Assembly (NCBI RefSeq): GCF_032062105.1
Contig: NW_026919405.1
Span: 62,001 to 126,000 of the forward strand
Origin: Saccostrea cucullata
Taxonomy: Eukaryota
DNA: 64,000 nucleotides
Direction: 5' to 3'
Numbering within the stretch: position 1 is the first letter of the stretch; every line of letters starts with the position of its first letter. A model generated the notes under the pieces. It saw only the letters and a program-made list of their open reading frames with translations, had not been told where the DNA came from and searched no databases. The position numbers and the translations under genes were made by a program. Below, piece by piece: positions 27,424-39,791 of this stretch.

Positions 27424-28236
27424 ATGCGAGGGGTTGTCCCAGAAAAACGCGAACATTTTCAACATCTTTTGCTTCTTTAAGACTATCAAGGTAAATATTG
27501 GCATTTAGAAAAAAAATTGAATGTTGCCTGAAAATTTCAATGAAATATCTCTATATAAACATAGGCCTATGACGTCCTGCTCCAGTCTTTTCAGTTAGTC
27601 TTCATTTTAGTGGTCTATTCTCTTCTATCGGAAACCAGTCAAATCAACTTAAAACCCTTTTAACTAGATATAAATCTGTTTCCCATACTTATGTTTTTTT
27701 TATCGTTAACATCTTATTTCCTTTTTTTTTATTTCCCTTTTTATTTATTATGTACAGGAGTCATATCCCGCTCTGACAATATGATGTTGTTTGATAGTTT
27801 GGTGCTCCACATTACCACCAAACGTCACCATTTTTGACAATGTCTAACTTAAAATGCTTTGGTACATATCGATATCGTTATATATTTTGTCATTAATAAT
27901 GTCATATGACAAATAAATGAATTTTTAAACACAAGTACACCAAATTGTAGAATACTTTTGTCGATAAATTTTGTGACATTATATTTCCGTAAAGCCTGAT
28001 AACAAAGAAAACTTCATGAATTGACAATGCTATTTGTAAAGTTCAAAAAATTGTCATGCGCCGACCACCGATATTCAACACCCTTTAAATGTTGTGCATA
28101 TGACATCACAGACCCATATAGTATTTTGTCAAAATAACAAAAAGACCATTTTCAAACAACATGCTAAAAATTATGTTTTTGTTGAATGGTATTTGATATA
28201 TTCAAAAAGTTCGCGTTTTTCTGGGACAACACCCCC
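27424..28236. mobile_element. Mariner-like non-autonomous element
   Basis: TIR gttgtcccagaaaaacgcgaac / gttcgcgtttttctgggacaac; cgagggg-type left terminus. Confidence 0.7.
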
Positions 28237-30236
28237 CCTCCTCCCGATATGTATCATTAATAGTAATTTAGGTCCTTAATGATCAAAATTCGAGGAAAGC
28301 TAGGTCATCGAAACGCACACACATCTATTCAATCTCAAAGTCGTGGTTAATGCTCTCTCTCTCTCTCTCTCATTCAAACGCTTTCTCTCCACCGTCCAAG
28401 TTACGAGGCCGCGGTTGAATTGCTGGAGAAGTAATATGTAATTTGTTCGGAAAGTTTGCAGACCATGTTATTTTTTGATACATCATGTACTAGTATACGC
28501 GGTTTTGAAGAAATTTAAAATGAGCACATTATCATGATATTATGTAAAAATATTTTTTGTGTGTAAAATGTGTATGTTTTCATTCCTTGTAATTTGATAG
28601 AAGGTCAAAAAAAAAAATCCCTAATACATTTCATTCAAAATGGACCAATATCCACACATCATGCATGGACAGATAGTAATCGCAACTTCACGGGCCTTTC
28701 CGTCTAGCGGAAAAGCAATTTTTTTTCCGACCTCTGACGGAAAGACCCAAGATGATGCGACATTGGAACACATAGGTGACCTGCAATAATGTTTGCCAGG
28801 CATAAAGTGGGAACTTTTTGGCGTCTACTAAAATCCCTTATTTGTCCAGATAACTTCTCCAGCAGCTTTATATATCCGAAATGTTCATCTTACTTGAGTT
28901 TATTTTTTTTGGACAAAATATGAAAAAAAAAATTAATACCCATTCGGCAATCCCCATGACAAAAATTCCAGCAAGTTTACGAACTTTGTTATTTTTAGGC
29001 AAAATATTGCAAATAGTGTACCCCATCGTCGCAAGCCACGAGTTCTGTGTCCATTCTATTCCTACAAGTAATAGCTTGTCAGTTGCAATTCTGTTTACAT
29101 TGGGAGGAGGGGGGGTTAAATTATTTCACAAGAGTGAATTATGTATATAGATATTGCACAAAACATCATGCATTCATTTTAAGTTGTATGCTATATACTC
29201 AACAGAGCAAATGGAAAAAGGACAACTTCTAGGAATTCGTGCAAGTTCTAAGTCACCGATAGAAAAGGATAAAACCCTTGTCTGGACTATATTTTTATGA
29301 TTTGCGTTAAATAAAAACTTTCTCTAGCTGATCTACTGCACAAAAAATCTGAAATCTATTCATTATTATTTTTTTGTTTTTGAAAAATCTGTTCAATTCT
29401 TATATGCTCATGCACAGTTTTGGTCTTTGTGTATAGTTGGAATTGTCGAGGTAATGCAAAATACATTTTCATTGATTTCTAATTTGTTTTCTGTTTCCTC
29501 TTTTCTCGTTAAAGGTAATAGATTTTAATATTTTAATTATTCAGACCACTTTGCAAATATAGAACGTCAAATACTGTTTTTTTTTCTTCTCTCCATTCTT
29601 TTCAATTGTAATGTACCATATCACTTTCAGATACCAGTACTATACGTTTTGAAAACAGACATTACAGAACAAAATTTTACAAAATATAGCCAATTATCAC
29701 TCCCTTGAGCACAGTAATTTTTATATTTCAAAAGACAAGTTACATGTGGTATTCAGCAAGCAAGAATACACTGTAGCTATTTTATGAAATATTTTACATG
29801 TAATGCACATCAATAGAAGCAAATTCGGAAGGTAAACAAACTCAGTGTCGGGGGAAATCCCAGCCCCTTATCAATGAGATCTTGCGGCTCTCACAAGCAG
29901 CAAAAGAGATTAAGTTTCTCTGACTGGAGTGTGGTATCTGCATCATGCATTGAAATTTGGTTATATTCATTTGAAAGAACCAGGGATGAAAAATGTAGTC
30001 TGACATTTTGGAATCTGTCGCATAACCAATATGTGTTTTTTCTGTGTGTATGTGTAAAAAACCACTAATTAGCATGGAAATACGAAAAGGTGGGTTCAGA
30101 ATACAGATGACAGGTTGACAAAGTCAGAACGAAATGTGATAATAGAAAGGATGGTGTCAAACTTATTGATTCAGTTCCTGGAACCAAACTGACGTTTTGA
30201 AACGTAATGCTAAGATTCTATGTGTTAGAACAGATA

Positions 30237-33200
30237 ATGGCGGCTGAAAAGGCAAAGAAATTCCAGCAGGAGGGAAACCAGAGGGATGTAGCAGCGTACG
30301 CCCAGAATTATGGGGCCCACAGAGAGGGAATCTCGATGAAGGAAGTAGCCGATTACTACACAGAATGGGCCAACTCTAATAAATATGACGTGGTAATTGT
30401 TATTTCAAAAGTCTGTTCATTTTGGGTACATTTTATTGAATTACATATGTAAAAACATTCTGTGTATAAAGTGTAATGCAATACTCAAATATTGTTTCGA
30501 AAATATTTATCTTAATATAATGTATTTAAATTATATGTATAAAAGGGGTATCATTATTATCTTATTCATTAATGTACATGAGTATGATTTTTCTTAGAAT
30601 TTAGCGAAGTGTAAAATTAAAAGAAACCTTTCATGAAGGGCTTTGACCCCATAATTCCGTCATACATGCATTCATAAGAGTTTTGGTTGTGCATAGAAAA
30701 ATTATTCAGATAAAAAATGAGCATTTGGTTTTTCCTTTTGTAAAAATTTCAAGAATAATAAAAATTTCTTCAGATCATAACTTTGGTAAAATTTGATCGT
30801 ACATGCAGCTGTACAAGAATAACTAAAGTTCGAAATATCGAAATATCTGACGTTTCCCTGGCTTTTTTGAACGATTTTGATATTTAACGTGCGAGACACA
30901 GACACTTGTTTCGTATATGGGGCACCCCCTACTTCTTTGTGGAAAAAATAAGGTGGGGGTACCCCGGAAACGAAACAAGTGCCCATGGTACAAAACCCTC
31001 CATGTAAAAATCCAGGGAAAGTTAAGATATTTCGGATACAGAATGATCTGTATGCCTTTAATTGTGTATAAGTATCTAGGACCAGACCGGTATACCAGTA
31101 TGACCTGTATGACTTTTATTGTGTATATAGGATCTGGGACCAGACCGGTATCAAGGACCAAAGCTGGCCGCTGAAAGTCTCTGTGACCTGATTTCTGAAC
31201 ATCGTGAGAGTGTTAGAATTCTAGACATTGCTTCTGGAACTGGATTTCTTGGACAAGAGGTTAAGCACAGATCTAATTTTGTTTTCATTCCTAACCAAGT
31301 TATTTTTCGAAATCTGTGTGTTTTGGCATGGTATCAAATTTAACAAGTTTGAAGGGGATAGAAATTAACTTTTTCTATTCGAGATTTTCTGCAAGAAATC
31401 GTATTGTTTATCAAAATTATTTTGCAAGTAAATATATCTTATTTTTTTATATTGAAATAAATTTTATTTCATTTTATTAAAACATGGTGGGTGCATTATG
31501 CTTCTCAAAAGAGAATAATGGTGTTGTCCTTTACTTAGAGCATCTTTTGCTTTATAGCTCTGGGACAGAGGGTTTCGCCTAATTGACGGCTTAGACCCTT
31601 CAGAAGGAATGATTGAGGCGTCCAGGAAAAGAAACGTATATTCCAAGCTCATCTGTGATTTCATGAGTGACAAAATGCTCAATGTTCAAACAGGTATTCA
31701 TAAAATATCACGGAAAGTATACCTTAATACATGTATGTTTATGATAATTTTGGATATTCTTGAATTTGACGAAAAAAATAGTACATTTCTCGGATTACCT
31801 TGGACTTTCAGGAGGGCGTGGCTTTCTCGACACTGCGTAATTAGTGTCTCTCAAATGGCGAAAAGATTCTCATTGGTTTAGAAATTAATAACATCAACAA
31901 CTTTAAATTGCTGTTGACAACGATGAGAAGACTTAAGCCCCGCCTCTTTGTCATACGAAAAACTATCATTGGATCATTTCTACAGTCGTTGACATTCGCC
32001 GAAATGTATATTTAGACCGTGAGTGTAAGGCTATTTAATTTCAGACGCTAATTAGGTAACGTCGAGAATACCACGCCTTACTAAAAGTCCAAGGTTGATT
32101 GAGATTTGTACTATAATTAGTTTTTATCTTAAAATGAAGCATTTCCCCTCCTGTAGATACTTATGATGCAGCTGCCATTGCAGGCGGTATGGGGGAGGGA
32201 CACATTCCATGCAATGCTCTGTACGAGATGATTCGTATTGTAAAACCTGGTAAGTCGTTCTTCCTGGTTCAAAGCAAAGTCCAGTTGGTAAGATGCAATC
32301 ATTGGTTTATTAAATATAGTAAATTCACTCCATTTGCAATCACTGGTTCAAAGTTAAACCGGTGAAAGATTCTTCATGGAAAAGTTTGGAAAAGGTGTCT
32401 TTTTTAGTTCATGTTGAAATATGATATTTTGCTCTTTATGAAAATCTGATAGGTTGCTTTTTTGTGGTGAATTCTGGAGAGCATATTACTAGTTTATTAT
32501 GAAAAACTGCTTTTTCTAATTGCACGTAATAATCAATTGAATGGGTTATATTTGTAAAGTTTTTAAAAATAAAATATGGAGTTAAAGAACGAAAATTAAG
32601 CTCTAAAGTCCTTTGAAATACAAGAAATTTGGATGAGAGCAAACACGGATCTCTAGAAACACCAGAAATGGGATCAGGTGCCATGAAGGAGAGAGAGTCC
32701 CCTGTGGACTGGTCTCACCCGCCGTGAATTCCTAATCAAAGCAAATCTGTAGACAATGCAGTGTGTAAACAATGGCCTAGGATAACGAACAGTATAAAAA
32801 AAGATGTTTTCTTCAGCTTACTATTGTTTGCAGCTGACTGTAAAGTTTCACGTTACGTCACGATCTAGTTGACAGCTGCACTCAAGGTAAATTGTACACG
32901 CCTCCTAACCGCAAGCTTTACGACTGGAACTTTCTTTTTGATTGGTTGCTCGTGCAACAGACTATTTCCCTATCAATGTTGATAATTTGAGTTGACCAAT
33001 CACGTGAATTGTTTACGCTGGATGCATCTGATAAAAAAGATCGTGACGAAACGTGAAACTTTACAGTCAGCTGCAAACAATTGTAAATTGTAAACAGAGT
33101 GCCTTTTTGTTTTTTACGATATTTTACTGATTTTTGACATTTTCTGTATTGGTGGAATTGTAACTGTAAAAGCTTTATTTGGTTTGTGACATTTCTAAGT

Positions 33201-34304
33201 GCTTACCTTCTTTCTAACTTTGTAATCTTTGATATTTTCAGGTAGTTACAATATAACTGTAATCTTTGATATTTTCAGATTGATTTATTGTAACTTTAAT
33301 GTCTGATATCTCTACGTGGATACATTGTAATTGTAATCTTTGATTTTTTTTCAGGTGGTTACATTGTAATTGATATTTCTGTGTGGTTACATTGTAATTG
33401 TTATCTTTGATTTTTCCAGGTGGTTACATTGTAATTGATATTTCTATGTGATTACATTGTAATTGTTATCTTTGATTTTTCCAGGTGGTTACATTGTATA
33501 TTGATATTTCTATGTGGTTACATTGTAATTGTAATCTCTGATATTTTTATTTGATTACATTGTAATTGTAATCTTTGATTTTTCCAGGTGGTTACATTGT
33601 ATTTGTAATCTCTGATATTTCTAGTTACATTGTAATTGTAATCGTTGACATTTCTATGTGGTTACATTGTAATTGTAATCTTTGATTTTTCCAGATGGTT
33701 ACATTGTAAATGTAATCTCTGTGTGATTACATTGTAATTGTGAATGGTTACATTGTATTTGTAATCTCTGATATTTCTAGTTACATTGTAATTGTAATCG
33801 TTGACATTTCTGTGTGATTACATTGTAATTGTTATCTTTGATTTTTCCAGGTGGTTACATTGTATTTGTAATCTCTGATATTTCTAGTTACATTGTATGT
33901 GGTTACATTGTAATTGTAATCTTTGATTTTTCCAGATGGTTACATTGTAAATGTAATCTCTGAAATTTCTATGTGGTTACATTGTATTTGTAATCTTTGA
34001 TTTTTCCAGGTGGTTACATTGTAATTGTAATCATTGATTTTTACAGGTGGTTACATTGTAATTGTAATCTTTGATTTTCCCAGATGGTTACATTGTAATT
34101 GTATTCTTTGATTTTCCAGGTGGTTACATTGTAATTGTGATGAGAGAAGAATATCTAGAACACGTGCAGGACTACAAAGACAAACTAGAACCATTAATGA
34201 AGGAACTTGAAATTTCCGGAAAATGGAGTAAACTATCCAGAAAAGTCGTACCAAATTACTCATTCCAAAATAATGGTGTCATTTTTATATTTCAAAAATG
34301 CTAA
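30237..34304 (+). CDS. METTL27: METTL27/WBSCR27-like SAM-dependent methyltransferase, 5 coding exons, 232 aa
   Basis: Exons 30237-30392, 31131-31259, 31558-31693, 32157-32249, 34120-34304 (699 nt). Motifs YYTEWA..YD, RILDIASGTGFLG (motif I), IDGLDPSEGM, GEGHIP, EMIRIVKPGGYIVIVMREEYL. Family is clear; orthology versus paralogy is not. Confidence 0.88.
31043..31154 (+). repeat. ~58-bp tandem duplication of the METTL27 exon 2 acceptor plus exon start
   Basis: atgatctgtatgcctttaattgtgtataag|tatctaggaccagaccggtat followed by atgacctgtatgacttttattgtgtatatag|gatctgggaccagaccggtat. Confidence 0.9.
31778..32114. mobile_element. MITE in METTL27 intron 3
   Basis: ~70-bp imperfect TIR: atagtacatttctcggattaccttggactttc.. 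/ ..aaaagtccaaggttgattgagatttgtactat. Confidence 0.75.
32821..33083. mobile_element. TA-flanked MITE in METTL27 intron 4
   Basis: ~46-bp TIR ctattgtttgcagctgactgtaaagtttcacgttacgtcacgatct / agatcgtgacgaaacgtgaaactttacagtcagctgcaaacaattg; TA on both sides. Confidence 0.85.
33220..34137 (+). repeat. ~27-unit, ~37-bp minisatellite built from the METTL27 last-exon acceptor plus the first ~20 exon nt
   Basis: Unit tctttgatttttccag|gtggttacattgtaattgtaa; 25 copies of tacattgta plus 2 decayed ones; the last unit runs into the coding exon. Confidence 0.95.
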
Positions 34305-35607
34305 TTTAAAATCAAAAAGATGGTAAATATCAAAAGTTTATATATTTGGAGGTATATTATTAAATATTTTTCGTTTGTGTTCAAAAATTTTGAGTAAAGA
34401 CTTTCATTACAAAGTATATGTTTTATTGTATAACATGTATCAACGGTATATATTTTACTGGTTTATATATCAATAAATGGTTGAATACGAGTATTTGTCT
34501 TATATCCACACTATTGTGTTGCAAAATAATATTAGTGATCTCAGGATCTGTTGCCTTGACAACGGAAGCGACTGCATGCTGATTGATAATTACATCTTTT
34601 CTTTGTTACCTTCTATGTACCTTATAAACGATAAGAACACGTGTAATCTCCCAGTAAAATTGATTCAAACGACAAAGTACTGCAATGCTCTTGTATTGAA
34701 CACGTGGAAACTAAAATAGGGATTTTATTTTTTTTTTTTTAGTTTTCAGCGATATTGAGAGGTCAATTAGAGGTCTTTTGTGACGAAGAGTATTTTTTCC
34801 CTGTTTTTCACATGATATACGTCAATTTCTTTTTTTTTTATATAGTAATAGTCTGTCATATCGACTAACAGTTATTTTTCCTTCATTATTTCATACACAA
34901 GTTGAAGTTTTGTCATATCGACTAGCAATTATTCTTTTCTATACTGATTATTTTATGAACAATGTCAGGTGGTAGTTTTGGTAACATACAGTACAGTAGT
35001 TTATCTAATTTCTTTTAATTTCCCACAAGAAAATCGAGATAATTATATTTGTATTGAGCTGATCAACATCATTAGTACATGAACAATGATATCATGACAA
35101 GGAGTGTCGAATTTCAAGCTAATTCTGAGGTTTTATATATACAACGGTTTTCTTACAGAAGAAACTGTCTCGTGAACAAAAAAATTAAAACAACGGCTGT
35201 ACATATGTTAGATAAGGTTCGATAAAAAATAATTATGTTGACTTTTACCAGCATCTGTCAGCTACGTATTACGTAATACATCGCGTGATTTCAAACGAAG
35301 GAAACTGCTGAGCATCGAATAACAATAATTTGCATTAAGAAACCAGGAGGCATGATAGACATTCTGTCAAAAGAAGTAATAGATATTTTAAAACTTTTTT
35401 TAAAAATTGGTGTTGTCATCTGTTACATAATCCCATCTTTGATAAGTTCAACATTTTTTACTTCTGATAACCTTTGAACTGAAACCCGTCATCTGCTATG
35501 CTATATAGTTTCATATCTTCGATTATAAGGATTTTCTTATCATGCACATACGAGTAGTTTTTTTTTTTTTTTTAAAAAACTTAAAATATTTGAAGGAATA
35601 TAGTTTA

Positions 35608-35713
35608 GCTCAATCTGATTAAAATCCTTTGATCCGCTCACAATGATCGCAACCTTGTGTACTAGTGATCTACATGCGGGTGGATCAAAGGATCTGATTT
35701 TAATCAGACTGAG
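35608..35713. mobile_element. Small (~105 bp) MITE
   Basis: TIR ctcaatctgattaaaatc..cctttgatcc / ggatcaaagg..gattttaatcagactgag. Confidence 0.65.
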
Positions 35714-37469
35714 TTCAACTGGGACTAGCTTTGTAGATTTCTGAGTTTTTTTCTGTTAATTCAGGCACAGTCTGCTCTACAGGTTTATGTTTCAACCAGG
35801 CACTTGATTCGCGGAAATTATACATGCCAGATTAAAACTTTCATTACAAAAACAAGTGCGCCGGTGACTGCAACTCATATAGCTGTGTAGAAAAATCACA
35901 CACAACCACACACACATGCACACCCTCTTTAATAATAGAGATTTATTTTGATAATTATGATTTCAAGAAATTTAAATTGCTTGTTTTATTTACTTGTATT
36001 TTTATTATTATTAAACGAATTCATTATTTTTTCTTACTTAGTAAAGATTTTTTTAATGTAACTAAAATCATCCATATATGCTTGACATTTGAAAAATTAA
36101 TAATTATAAAAACCTTATGTTTACTATATTTTTGTTCGTCATTTAAAAAAAAAGAAATATTAAAGCTGACTTTTGGAGAGAAAAAATATACCACGTATCA
36201 GGGTGAAATTATGTAGTATCTGATTGCCCAGTTTTAAGCTTACATGGAGTTCTTGATCTTTGAAATACCAAAAACTCTAGTTTATTTTAATTCGATTCAG
36301 AAGTAACCCGAAAGGGTACCATCGTCACACCCTCACAAAGGCTTGGAATTAAAAGACTGGGTACTTTTTGGCAATATTGCATGCGCGGATCTAACGGGGA
36401 ACCGGACACCACCTCCCTCTCGAATTTGCAGAATTATTAAATGTATATAATAAACCAACCGAAAGTGACCTTGGATCCCCTAGGTAACGCAGACCTCACC
36501 TCGAAAACACAGATCTGTTGGTATAAATATGAAGCTTTAAATGACAATGAATTAATTCTCATAAACTGACAGAAGTACAGTGTTCAGAAAGATTACAAGT
36601 ATAGTTAAACATATGTGAAAAAGAAAAAAGAGTACAAAGTAACAAAACTAACAATGAGCTAACCAGGAGAGCCAACTCTCTCAAAAATAATTTTTATAAA
36701 TTTACACAGTTTTGTAAATTTAACTGAATTTTTTGTAAAAGTCAATGACAAACCTCCCACCCCAACCCTGACAAACCTCCCACCCCAACCCTGGAAATAG
36801 GTTTTTAACTACTGGAAAAGGAGTTAACTTTTTTGTTGCTACTCTAAGATGTATAAGGTGACCTTCAAGACTTTGATTTCAGAATCAGGTCGCGTACGCG
36901 TCGTAAGACAACAGTGCACTTCATTCTAAATGGTTATCAAGTTAAACCCATAAACCCAAACACAATCTCATTTTTTTCCAATTCATTTTGTCATTGCAGA
37001 TTTTTTCCTTGGCTGTGTGATATTCCGTTTTTACATTTTTCATTGAAAGTTTATAAGTGACGTTAACTGAAAAAAGGGAAAATTAATTCAAATAATGAGT
37101 ACACAATTCGAGAATTTTGTAACTCCAAAAGAGTTATTCTTCTTTACCTATGAGCAGATGTTTTAAGGATGTAGACCGCTTGTGGGGATCGATTTTATTA
37201 CAAACAGATTGGGTATTTAAAGATAATAGCGACTACGGTTACAATTCAGGACCTCCTTGCTTTAAAAAGTTTCTTTTTTCCTTGATTCATTGAACTCTGA
37301 ATAAAACTGCAAAACAGCACCCACATAGCTACAATAGTTACAGAGTAATTTTCATGAAGCCACTATAGCGATGCTTAAATCAACCCAACCCCTTAATAAC
37401 GAATAAAATTTTCTTTTTTAAGTAATAATTTGAGGACCAATTTATTTGGCCCTAATTAAAATAAAAAGA

Positions 37470-37750
37470 AACACAAGATTTGTTTGCATAAAGGGCGATG
37501 CCACCGTATGGCAACAGTGGCAACTCATTGCCAAGGTCAAAGTTTTTCAAATGAAGGTCAACCTCCAAGGTCAAGAGGTCAAAATGTCGATACCAACAGA
37601 AAAGTCTTGTCACAAGAAATGCACACGTAAAATATAATAGCCAGTGTAACAACTTGGAAAATATGAGCAAGGTTAACGATTTTCAAAAAACATCAGCTAT
37701 GAAAAACATAAAGGTACCAAAGGAAAGGAATTGTCACAAGGAATGTCTAT
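37470..37750 (-). mobile_element. Degenerate Helentron/HINE-like fragment
   Basis: Repeated aaggtcaa / ttgtcacaag satellite-like units typical of these elements; a similar decayed tract lies at ~50610-51130. Confidence 0.4.
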
Positions 37751-39791
37751 AGGTGATTACTGAAACACGAATCAGTGAAGGCCCTGCCACCATCCAATCA
37801 AACAATATAGGTAAGATTAAATTAAGATACATGTCTCTCCTTTTCACCTTCTTGAAATTCAAGTTATATTTATAGTGAGGAAAAGAAATAAAGTATTTGA
37901 TACCAGCAGCAGTTAAATCTAAAGATATCTTTAAATTAAATACATATAATAAAAAGTAGACATTCACATGATTTTTTTCTGCTAAAGTGCAATAAGCTTA
38001 TAATGGGTGTCAATATTTTTTTAACACCTGCGTGTTTGTTATTCAAATAATTATTTTAAAAATATTTTAATCTATCAATATTTGGGGGGCTTGTCGGTCC
38101 GATAACATCAACAACTTCGAATCCGACTTTGACATGAAAAAAAAAACGTTGACGCGAAGCAGAGAATGCAAGTGACAAAATCTCGATAATTAAACACACA
38201 ATCTTTTTTAAAAGCTCTCCATTTTTTAATGATCAAGTGTTCTTGAATGTCGAGCTTTGTACATTCCACGTTTCTATTGAGAAAACACCGGGTGATCGGC
38301 GTGTGTGAATGCAACTGTTTACAATTAAAATTTCCGTCTTTCATCCCTTTTGAGCCTCTATTGAACTTTTCCCCATTCAAACTGGAGAGAAATTTTGTTT
38401 CTTCATCCGTGAACACTTCCCTCACACTCTCGATGTGTTAATGCTTTTTGTCGTCAAATGTCAATAAGATTGGAATAAAAACGCCAATCCGGTCTTCTTA
38501 ATCATGGAGGATTTCTGAAATGAAATTTGGAAACGCCGCGCAACATTCTCAATAAAAGCATTGACAAAAAAGGGGTTAACTGCATTCTTTGAATGTAGTG
38601 ACTGCATTTGGGATCGAAAACCGATATTTAACCCATTGGAATAACTTTAATGGCTTCCGAAGACGTGTTATCCGAATTATCCCTATCCAAAGCAACGGTT
38701 TTGTAAGTATACTGACATTTAACATTCTCTTTAATTTGTATCGTGTCCTTCTTGTTCTTCTGAGGAAGATTTTTTTATTTTTTATATTTAATATTTTGAG
38801 AAAAAAAATGTAAACTGTGATAAACATCTTTTCTTCTTTTGATAATTTTTCTGTATCAATTTGTTTCCAGCTCAGGGAAGCAGAAAATTAAAACTACCTT
38901 AATCTAAATTCTGAACAGCATATTAAATTTTACTCAAATATTTAATATCCATGTACCATATATTGACAAAAATTGATCCCCATGTTATTGTGAGGTTCTC
39001 TTCGTATGAATAATACATGAGATTTTAATTGTATTGACCATACTAATTCAGGGATTGAAAAATGTTTTGCCATTTAAAGAGATGTAATACTTTTGACTTT
39101 TCAACCGTTATGTAACAGTGTTTTCCATTAAACATCCCCTTTTTGATGTGAGCATCTACTTCTTTAAAAGATTGTATAAAAAGGAAATGATCGGTGTGTT
39201 TGGATACATTAACTTCATGAAAAGTTTTCTCCGGTGGTAAATATTTTGTATAAAGAATTCTAAAGTCGGCATTATACTTTTGCTGTGTCCAATTCATCAA
39301 TTTTTCAATATATCATTGATGTCAAAACTTCTCCCAATCTTAATTCCTTTTTTCCTGATATGCTTTTAGGTTGGCGAAAAGAGAGTAACTGTTTCTACTA
39401 ACAGGAAGCCATTCCAACAGAGTCTAAAGGTAGCGCCATGGTTCAGCGAAAAATAACTCAATTTCCTGTCGGTTCACATTAGGCACTTTGTAGATAATCA
39501 GCCCGAAGAACAAAGAATGGTAAAAGACTAACTGTCAAATAGAGGGCCTTGTCCGTAGAAGTTTAGCGCTACAAAGGAAAAGAATATTGTGAAAGCTGAC
39601 GGGGCGAGCGCGAGCTAGACAAATTTGATTTATAAAGCGGGGGAAGTTAACTGCAACTCCCCACGTGCAGTATAACACAAACCATCTGAATGCGCGTTAC
39701 CGAAACTGCAGCAACGAGAATGGCGGAGCATTGGCATATCAGAAGTCAACTCAAACTGCGTCTTTGAGTAGCGTGGAAATAAGTTGTCAAC

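Noticed and set aside
33220-34137. CRISPR-like appearance of the ~37-bp array
   Set aside because: No unique spacers, no cas genes and a eukaryotic intron context; the unit is a copy of the adjacent splice junction.
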